A DNA stretch of 45,480 nucleotides from Octopus bimaculoides (taxonomy: Eukaryota): assembly GCF_001194135.2 (NCBI RefSeq), contig NC_068985.1:13092027-13137506 (forward strand). Direction: 5' to 3'. The notes beneath the pieces are model-generated. The model was not told the DNA's origin and did no database searches. It saw only the letters and a list, made by a program, of their open reading frames with translations. Below are positions 36,496 through 45,480 of the stretch, piece by piece. Each line of letters starts with the position of its first letter. Within the stretch, counting starts at the first letter, position 1. The translations under genes were made by a program, and so were the position numbers.

Positions 36496-36571
36496 ACGTT
36501 CAGTGTACAACGATTTGCCGTGATACGTGTGAAGCGACCATCATCGCAGTGTACTCTGGAGTTGACCATAT
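36496..36571 (+). CDS. Candidate coding exon (76 nt, phase 1-2): (D)VQCTTICRDTCEATIIAVYSGVDH
   Basis: Acceptor TTATTCTTTTCTTAG and weaker donor AT|GTAATT. Phase-compatible with 35101-35157. A second frame is also open. Confidence 0.35.
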
Positions 36572-36872
36572 GTAATTTCGCTTATAATTAATCAATTAAG
36601 TATAATCTGACAAGATCTGTCACCTCAATCGAATTACTATTTACATCCAATGGACGTTAAGAAGCTTCTTTTCAAAACCACGAGCAATTATCAAAGTTAA
36701 TCTTGGCTCTTCTGGTTAACAATTTAATATGAATAACAGTCTATCAGGTTTGGTAATAAAGCTGGCATAATGAATAGCTATGTGAAGTAAATAATTCAGC
36801 AAATAATATGTTTACAAAATTTTATAAGGAAGAACCAAAATTCTTGTTTACCTTCATTGATCTAGGATAGTT

Positions 36873-36923
36873 TTGACTAACTGAAGAGGCAGAACTTTTT
36901 CGAAACGCCGGTGTCTCGGTGAA
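36873..36923 (+). ncRNA. Decayed type-I hammerhead ribozyme motif
   Basis: Intact core CTGAAGA...GAAA...GTC. Stem I pairs 6/8, stem II 4/5 counting G-U, and stem III is 3 bp closing CCGG. Confidence 0.45.
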
Positions 36924-37130
36924 TCGATTGATCAGGACAAGGCAAATCATCTAAAAGTAGATATTCAACGAAAACGAAATAGAAGTCCAATTGATATATT
37001 CACGTTCAAACCTGCGGAATGCATTTTATATATTAACATTATGTCATCGTATATAGATCGAGAGACAGATATAAAAATATATATTCATGAATATTAAGAT
37101 GTAATGTTTATCTCAATATTGCTATTCCAT

Positions 37131-37710
37131 GTTACTACCTTTTTAACCCTGGGTAGATCCTGTATCAGCTGGTTACTGGTGTAACCTGTACCCAGTGTAT
37201 ATTGCAAGCAGGAGAGCGAACCGCTACCAAGCTCTAACAGACGACGGGATCACGAGACCCATCAGTTTCGGGCACCGTGTGCCCGTCTTCAATCGTGAAC
37301 ACCTGACCGCTCAAAATAGCAGGGATTTGCTCCAGCTCGCAATATATAGAAAATTAAGCTACCACCAGTCACTGATCTTGCAGCAAGCAGACTAGCTAGT
37401 TACAAAATCTCAGTAAGAGATGAAATAGTAACTATACAAAGAAATAATATTTATCGCCACATCAATATGGTTGGTTGACGTTACGGACGTTTTAAGCCCA
37501 AGCACATCCTCTGCCAGTTAGCTACCGGTGCAGCCTGCACTCTATGTATATTGGAAGCAGGTTAGTAGTTTGCACCAGTAACCAGATGGAGGAGGATCTG
37601 CCTGGGGTTAAAACGTTCGTAACGTCGAACGGCCATATTGATGTGGTGATAAACTTTACTTCTTAGTATAGTTATTATTTCATCTCTTACTGAGGTTTTA
37701 CTACGAGCTA
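37131..37710 (-). mobile_element. Hammerhead-bearing non-coding element: about 1.2 tandem copies of a 349-nt unit plus a 140-bp inverted copy (PLE-pLTR/retrozyme-like)
   Basis: 37141-37212 vs 37490-37561 match 52/72 ungapped (direct). 37393-37532 vs 37571-37710 match 114/140 ungapped (inverted). Confidence 0.7.
37250..37298 (-). ncRNA. Minimal type-I hammerhead ribozyme; predicted cleavage after GUC, between 37256 and 37255
   Basis: Minus strand: TCACGA-TTGAAGA-C-GGGCAC(ACG)GTGCCC-GAAA-CT(GATG)GG-TC/TCGTGA. Stems I and II are each 6 perfect Watson-Crick pairs; stem III is 3 bp. Deviations are C3>U and one extra nucleotide after A9. Confidence 0.8.
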
Positions 37711-37743
37711 CTTTACTTGTTTCGTTAATATTCTTATATATAC

Positions 37744-37781
<38 letters not shown>

Positions 37782-38334
37782 ATAAATATATATATACATA
37801 TACATATATATATACACATATATATATATATACATATATATTATTTTGTTTAAAAGAGTTCCAACACTGTCTGTTTTTTTATGTTTTATTTATATTCCTG
37901 CAGAACTAATGTGGGGTATAGAATATGGAATATACAATATATAATATAATATACAATATACAATATAAAATAAAATAAAATAAAAATGGATGGCACCATG
38001 AAAGAAAGTATTGAATGTAGATGAAATATTGAGTGTTCAGTATAAAGGATCAAATATATAAATATANNNNNNNNNNNNNNNNNNNNNNNNNNNNNNNNNN
38101 NNNNNNNNNNNNNNNNNNNNNNNNNNNNNNNNNNNNNNNNNNNNNNNNNNNNNNNNNNNNNNNNNNNNNNNNNNNNNNNNNNNNNNNNNNNNNNNNNNNN
38201 NNNNNNNNNNNNNNNNNNNNNNNNNNNNNNNNNNNNNNNNNNNNNNNNNNNNNNNNNNNNNNNNNNNNNNNNNNNNNNNNNNNNNNNNNNNNNNNNNNNN
38301 NNNNNNNNTATATATATAATATATATATATATAC

Positions 38335-38425
38335 AGACACAAACAAATTACAGAAAAGCAAAAGACGGAGACAGGTGTATGAACGACAAGTTAATGTATT
38401 AGTTTGACGCTCGGGAAACATGGAA
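38335..38425. mobile_element. Diverged partial copy of the 33.6-kb repeat
   Basis: AAAAGACGGAGACAGGTG...ATGTATTAGTTTGACGCTCGGGAA. Confidence 0.6.
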
Positions 38426-39352
38426 ATACACACTCACACACACACACACACACACATACATTTATATGAATATTCATATCCTTATTAATACTTCTACGAG
38501 CTGTACCGATACCTTTGCAGTTTAAACAAATGCACTGTCAACAATCGCATTCTACTTTGGAAACCGCACGTATTATTATTGGTTCTGGTGTGACTAAACT
38601 ACAGCAGGCAAATAACCTGACAGACCCATTTCTAATTGCAATACTCGTAAGCAATAACGTATTAACGCTTATTGCTTCGCTAAAAATATAGCTAGCCTAC
38701 CATAAATAAAGTCGCCTACCATAAATAAAGTATATGTTTATTTCAGAATTAATTCGTTCGAAACAAGGTTTTATTCTCATTCACGTCTTTAATGAATCCT
38801 TGTACATAATCTCTGCCATTTTATTGGATTCACTTTCGAAATTAATAGAAGAGGAAGCCGCTACGTTATTAAATGTTATATAGCGGGGAAACCTCGATGT
38901 ATATTGATAACAGGAAAGATAACAACGGATGAAATTTTTAAAAAATAGAAATTTTATTTTCTAAGGATTTTTTGATTAAATAACACCCACAAATTTACAT
39001 TCTACGTTTAAAAAAGTGCTCGTAAAAAATGTTCCATAAATCGTATATAAAACGTTCCATGAATTTATATCAACTTCTATTCCTAAGGAGTAAAATTTTG
39101 TCGTATTTTTACTAGTTACAACAGCGCAGATTTTCGAATTAATATCCGCAAATTATTTTATATATTCCACTCTGACTTTCAGAATTTCAACTAGTTGATA
39201 TTTACTTCTTTAATTGATACTTCAATTTCCATTCCTACACAATCATTAGCGCAACAATGCAGCCATGATTGCCGATCATATTGTGCATATGGTCAGTTAT
39301 TTGATTCGAACGTTCTTTCACATTTTATTTTTTTCAGCTGCCATACATGCAT

Positions 39353-39388
<36 letters not shown>

Positions 39389-39626
39389 TAAATTCAAATT
39401 ACGATGAACGTAAACAAACAAACGAAGTTTGCTTTAGAAGCGTTGAGATGTCTTAGAAAGTTAATGAAGTGATTTTTAAATTCTCAAACGCAGGATAATG
39501 CTAATAGTACAGCCTGTACAGAATAAACTACCCCTATTTTGCAGAAAAAAGTGTTGGCGGCCGGCTATATATATATATATATATATATACGTAGAAGTTT
39601 GAAAAGGAACACACGAATTGATATGT

Positions 39627-39706
39627 AGAAGAAGAAGAAGAAGAAGAAGAAGAAGAAGAAGAAGAAGAAGAAGAAGAAGAAGAAGAAGAAGAAGAAGAAG
39701 AAGAAG

Positions 39707-39758
<52 letters not shown>
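39627..39758. repeat. Compound (GAA)n-(CAA)n microsatellite
   Basis: Direct read. Confidence 0.98.
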
Positions 39759-39759
<1 letters not shown>

Positions 39760-40118
39760 GAAAATGCGGGAGTGGTATGACAGTAGCAGGATGTTGGTGG
39801 AATGCTCTTAAATGGTCAAGTAACCTAAAAGTGACCGGTTCTGGTTGTAATAGTAGTGATTGGAATTGCTTTGAATTAATTAATGGGAAGTGACCGTTCT
39901 GAATATATCAATTTTAATATCTGCGTGGGTATTATTCTAACGCCCTTGTAATAGTGTCCTTTGTGGTGGATGCATTCAAAAGGGGTTTATATTTTGTGAT
40001 AAAGAATGACTCTTTACAAATGCGCTGACTACAGGTTGCATCGCCCCTGAATTGATAGAGGAGAAAGGTTGTTTTAATTTCTCTGATCGCTTTAAATAAA
40101 ATCTTCTAAAAAATATTG

Positions 40119-40224
<106 letters not shown>

Positions 40225-40730
40225 CATATTGTCTGCTATTAAATGTGAAACGAAACGGTTTAATGTAATTTCTATAAAATAGAATATTCTTTAAACAGAA
40301 ATCGCTTTGGAAACAAGGACTGCTGAAATGAAATGGCGCAGGTTGTAACAAAACAGGATCGAAAATGAGAGGAATAAGATTAGTCGAGGTTATTTTGCTG
40401 ACAGGGGGAGAATAAGAACCCGATGAAGGAAAATCACCCTTAAAAATGATAATTGTATCTTGAGTTATTGGGTTTCTGTACTGGAATAAATATATTTAGA
40501 ACAAATCATTTTGCCAACGTAAGGATCGTACCAGTTTCAGCAGTTTTAAGGACAGCGCAAGATGGCATTATATCTATGATCGATAATTCCGTAGCTGTTA
40601 TGATACGAATCTAAATAGAATGTTTTCGGCTTTTCTCTTCTTTTGTTTTGTTTTCACTACAAGTTGTCCAAGCTACCGACATTTTGATGTAGACCATTAT
40701 TTCTATTAACATCAGCTAAGTAATTTACTA

Positions 40731-41135
40731 TTTTACTCTTTCACTTGTTTCAGTCATTTGCCCGCGGCCATGCTGGAGCACCGCCTTTAATCGAGCAAAT
40801 CGACCCAGGACTTATTCTTTGTAAGCCTAGTACTTATTCGATCGGTCTCTTTTGGCCGAACCGGTAAGTTACGGGGACTTAAACATACCACCATCGGTTG
40901 TCAAGCGATGCTGGGGGCACAAACACAAACACACAAACACACATACATATATATATATATTATATACATATATACGACAGGCTTCTTTCAGTTTCCGTCT
41001 ACCAAATCCACTCACAAGGCTGTGGTCGGCCCGAGGCTATAGTAGAAGACACTTGCCCAAGGTACCACGCAGTGGGACTGAACCCGGAACCATGTGGCTG
41101 GTAAGCAAGCTACTTACCACACAGCCACTCCAATG
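40731..41135 (-). mobile_element. SINE family A, full length, inverted
   Basis: Reverse complement of the family A head-to-tail architecture. Confidence 0.93.
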
Positions 41136-41810
41136 CAAAATGCAAAATAGATTAATGACTTTTAAGAATTTCATCACAGATTTAATGATAGTGCCTCACA
41201 GGGCACTAAATAATAATCTGTGGCATCATGAACTCTTTACTTTTTCTCTTACAACACTTAAGGATTTCATTCAATATGCCGGTATCAAACGCTATATTAA
41301 CTGTTTTATTTCTGTTTATTGTTAGTCTGTTGACAAATAGGTTTACAGCGTCGGCTACAATACAGTTTGTTTTTCTTGTCAGTGACCACATTAATCCTGC
41401 TCGTGTGACTATTTCGTCTTTCGGATTGAATCCCTCAACAAATTCCCTCGTCGCTTCCACAGTATTGCATTTCTGTTGTGGCAGAGTGGTGATGATGTAT
41501 TTCATTGCATGCAAAACAAATATTTTTCTCCGACAACCTGCATGCATACGTCTCGTCCTCTAGTACTATATGCTGAAGACATTTTCTTCATTCATCACCA
41601 ATGAACGAACATGATAACGTTAGACATCTGTTAATATCTGTCTATATTTGTTTTTCTCTATAATATTTCTTATATTTTATTTAAGTATCTATTTTCATTT
41701 TGGCACATACTGTTATCATCAAATTTGAAATATAGTGTATGTATGAATGAATGTATGTATGTATATATGTATGCATGCATGTATGTATAGATATATAGAT
41801 GGATGAATAA

Positions 41811-41812
41811 AG

Positions 41813-41880
<68 letters not shown>

Positions 41881-41923
41881 CGGCATACTGCTAGCTAGCC
41901 AGCTAGCTAGCTAGCTAGCTAGC

Positions 41924-41991
<68 letters not shown>

Positions 41992-42008
41992 GAGATAGAT
42001 AGATAGAT
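41811..42008. repeat. Compound (GATA)n-(GACA)n-(GCTA)n-(GATA)n
   Basis: Direct read. Confidence 0.97.
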
Positions 42009-43483
42009 ACCTTATTCACTCGAGTACCGTGCAATGTCGAATTTAATATGACTGCCATCCACTTTTTTGTTGCAAAGTTTCAGAAATACATTTTATCCAC
42101 TTTTAAACTTATTGATATATTGAAAGCAATAAATTCAATATGGAAGTAAATTTTAAAGCATAAGAAGCGCAGAAAAAAGTCTAAAACATAGATATTAGAC
42201 GAACAATTTTTTTTTTAATATTACATGGGAAATTTTGCAAAAACCGGTTTACCTCGTGGAAACCACTTTAAGCATATGAATCGCCAGCCATTTTGTTTAT
42301 CATATTTTTTCTAGCTCTGTAACTTAATATGCCGTTGTTGCAATATATCGACTTAGTCTTCATTTCTTCTACGTATTAAAGCAATTCTTTTCCCAATTCC
42401 GGATAGTGAAACAGGTTTTTACCCTTATAGAATTTTTAATACATGGTATCATTTGGAGTTGAACTTTCTACATAGCCAACTATTTTTTTAAAGCAGAATT
42501 TCTCCAGCATGTATTCTGTTCATGGAGCGCGTATGTGGTTTTCGAAAACACGTGGTATCAATAACCAAAGTTTACTATATCTGCAAAACTAATTTTTAAT
42601 AAAATGATAGATTAAACAACAAATCTTATAGGAAGATATCACATATTGAAAATGGTGAATAACAATTATCGTAGAAAATTAATTTTATTAAATTTCAATA
42701 ACATTTTTTTGTTTTCTATTTCCAAGAACAAATTTTTTCAGTGACCCACTTCGAAATATTTTGCACTAAACAGCACCAAATTTCCCAGGGGGTTGCACAG
42801 CTGTTTTTCTACTGAGTACTTTAAGATTTATATATTATATCGAAAGCAACATGTCTGCTTTTAACATCCACAACTTTGTTGGCTACATAATGAAATTATT
42901 TTTTCCGCATCTACAACGTAAGTTTCCTATGTTAAACAATAATCTTCCAATTTCAAAAGGACAACTTCAAAAAAATAGAAGATGTAATCACACAGCGCGG
43001 GTACAAACTTCACAATTTGCATTGGAGGACTTCGCTACCCAGGTAATGCGATGTATTCATCATATTTAGATACCCCTGGGTTATCAATCAACTGCCTGCG
43101 CAATTTTTGCTATCACCATCTTTATTTTGCCTTCATTTCATTTACACTTCAGTACAATGTAACCAACACAGTTATGACACTGATCTATGCTAATCTTAAT
43201 TTTTCACATACTGCACGGTAATTACAATATATACATATATACGTATGTAAACAAGTCCTTAGATCTAGTCGCTCAAAACTGTATTAGACATCATACACGC
43301 CCTTTCATGAGTACTTTCCTTTTGTTCTTATTGTTTATTTTCTCATAAGATACTCAAAAACTTTGAGATAGCTATATATTATATATGCAGTGTTAAATGT
43401 TTACAATCGACAATTTAAATATTATGTTGCGGGAAAGGTACCGGACTAGGTTCAGGGGGTAGCCTTCGACACATTTTTCTCCA

Positions 43484-43642
43484 GAGTAAGAGTGGATGTG
43501 TGGTAAGTAGCTTACTTACGAACCGCATGGTTCCGGGTTCAATCCCACTGCGTAGCACCTTGGGCAAGTGTTTTCTACTATAGCCTCGGGCTGACCAAAG
43601 CCTTGTGAGTGGATTTCATAGACGGAAAATTAAATAAACCCG

Positions 43643-43693
<51 letters not shown>

Positions 43694-43902
43694 TGTGTGT
43701 CTGTGTTTGTCCCTCCACCAACATCGCTTCACAACCGATGCTGGTGTGTTTACGCCTCCGTAACCAAGCGATTCAGCAAAAGAGACCGATAGAATACGTA
43801 CTAGGCTTACAAAGAATAAGTACTGGGGTCGATTCGCTCGACTAAAGGCGGTGCTCCAGCATGGCAGCAGTCAAATGACTGAAACCAGTAAAAGAGTAAA
43901 AG
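43484..43902 (+). mobile_element. SINE family A, full length, with internal (GT)n
   Basis: Same architecture as the other family A copies. Confidence 0.93.
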
Positions 43903-44064
43903 AATATTTCATTTCTAACACTCGCATCATTATTCGTTCACAACTTTTTGCCTCCAATTTTTTTATTTTGTCTGTATCTCATTTAGTCACTCTCCATTCG
44001 CTCCCTCTCACTCATACATTCTCGTTTTCTTTCACTCTCTATCTCCCCCTCTCTTTCTCTCGTG

Positions 44065-44098
<34 letters not shown>

Positions 44099-44888
44099 TG
44101 AGAATAAAAAATAGTGAGCAGAGATGGGTAATGCAGACATGAGACTGATATAAGGAGAGACAAGCAGGCAGAGAGGGTTACACTTTGCTAATTTCTATCC
44201 TATGACTTGTTTTTTTACAAAGTCAATGTGAGACGGAGGTAAACAAAAAAAAATATGAGAGAGAGGGAGAGAGGAAGAGAAATAAAAGGAGAGGGATAGA
44301 AAAAATGAGTTAATGAACGAATACGTGGAAATAAAAGAAAGAGAAGACAGAGATTGTGGCAAAATAGGACCGAAAAGAAGAGGGGAAAAGACTAGGTGAA
44401 GTTATTTTGCAGAGAGGGAGAGAATAAGAGAAAAGTAGGAACAATGGACGAACGAAAGGAAAAATATTTGGATAAAGTTGTTCACAAACAAACAAGAAAA
44501 GAATGAAATAACGAATGAGAAACAGAATATAAAGAAAGAGAAGGAGAATAAATGAAGAAGAAAAATCAGAATTTATGAGAAACATTGAATGAATGAAGAA
44601 AATAGGAAAACGAAAAACAACTAAACGCGGAATAAAAATACAGTAGATGATAATACAACTATGTATGGTGGGTGCAACGGTAAAATGATTTATATAAATA
44701 CACGCGGAGACACAGAGGGAAAATCACACACGCAAGCAGATATGCACATCCAAAAGCACAAGCACACAGAAAACAAACGCACACAAACACACACACACCC
44801 ACATGCGTGCACACAAATAAGCACCACACATAAACACACATTTAGAGCGGAAATACCTGGAGTCTTATTGTATCTTTATATTAAATAG

Positions 44889-44926
<38 letters not shown>

Positions 44927-44929
44927 ACA

Positions 44930-45092
44930 TAGTGTGCGAGGAAAAGAAAAAAGAGAGAACGAGTAAAAGAGGGGGGGCGTATGCGACAACATGGGCGTGC
45001 ATCTGCATATATGTATATGTGTGCATGCATGTGTGTGCGTGTTCGTGTATGCGTGTGCATGTGTGTATGTGTGCGTGTGTGTGCGTGTGGGC

Positions 45093-45147
<55 letters not shown>
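44930..45147. repeat. Cryptic (TG/CA/TA) low-complexity region
   Basis: Direct read; source of several spurious ORFs. Confidence 0.85.
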
Positions 45148-45360
45148 CTTTTACTCTTTGACTCTTTTACTTGTTTCAGTCATTTTACTGTGGCCATGCT
45201 GGAGCACCGCCTTTAGTTGAGCAAATCAACCACAGGACTTATTCTTTGGAAGCCTAGTACTTCCAACCACTAAGTTACGGAGACGTGAACACACCAACAT
45301 CGGTTGTCAAGCGATATTGGGGGGGGGGGACTAACACATACACAGAAACATATACACACG

Positions 45361-45396
<36 letters not shown>

Positions 45397-45480
45397 ACGG
45401 GCTTCTTTCAGTTTCCGTCTACCAAATCCACTCACAAGGCTTTTGTCGGCCCGAGGCTACAGTAGAAGACACTTGCCCAA
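45148..45480 (-). mobile_element. SINE family A, inverted, head beyond window end
   Basis: TTTTACTTGTTTCAGTCAT...GGCCATGCTGGAGCACCGCC...AGAAGACACTTGCCCAA, with an internal deletion near 45260. Confidence 0.92.

Noticed and set aside
37141-37561. Possible ADAR hyper-editing signature between the repeat copies
   Set aside because: Using the inverted arm as a third copy, most T/C differences polarise as C>T in the 37141 copy. Hairpin mismatches show no strand bias (9 vs 8 G-U compatible).
38695-38732. 19-bp tandem duplication (similar ones near 6510-6550, 13080-13107 and 28886-28907)
   Set aside because: Ordinary slippage duplications.

Overview
This is AT-rich eukaryotic DNA from a draft assembly, with 8 N-gaps totalling about 2.6 kb and many microsatellites. 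The SINE, RTE, R4 and Penelope content is most consistent with an octopus (coleoid cephalopod), which is my recall-based inference. There is no intact gene, rRNA or CRISPR array, and most ORF-track entries are microsatellite or gap artefacts. The window is mostly a transposon graveyard: three R4/Dong-type endonuclease 3' fragments sitting in (TAA)n tracts, a dead Ty3/Gypsy integrase with a probable 3' LTR, three RTE fragments, a CR1-like RT fragment, pogo/Tigger, mariner and hAT-like remnants, a Penelope GIY-YIG remnant, and about 20 copies of three tRNA-derived SINE families. A few + strand candidate exons (4180-4251, 6758/6836-6898/7015, 35101-35157, 36496-36571) may belong to an unidentified host gene; these are unproven. 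The best lead is at 36.9-37.7 kb. A nearly canonical minimal type-I hammerhead ribozyme (minus strand, 37298-37250) lies inside a 349-nt tandem-repeat unit with a 140-bp inverted copy at its 5' end. That is the architecture of a Penelope-derived non-autonomous element or retrozyme. A second, more decayed hammerhead lies on the opposite strand about 330 bp away. The class is known; whether this family is described or active cannot be determined here.
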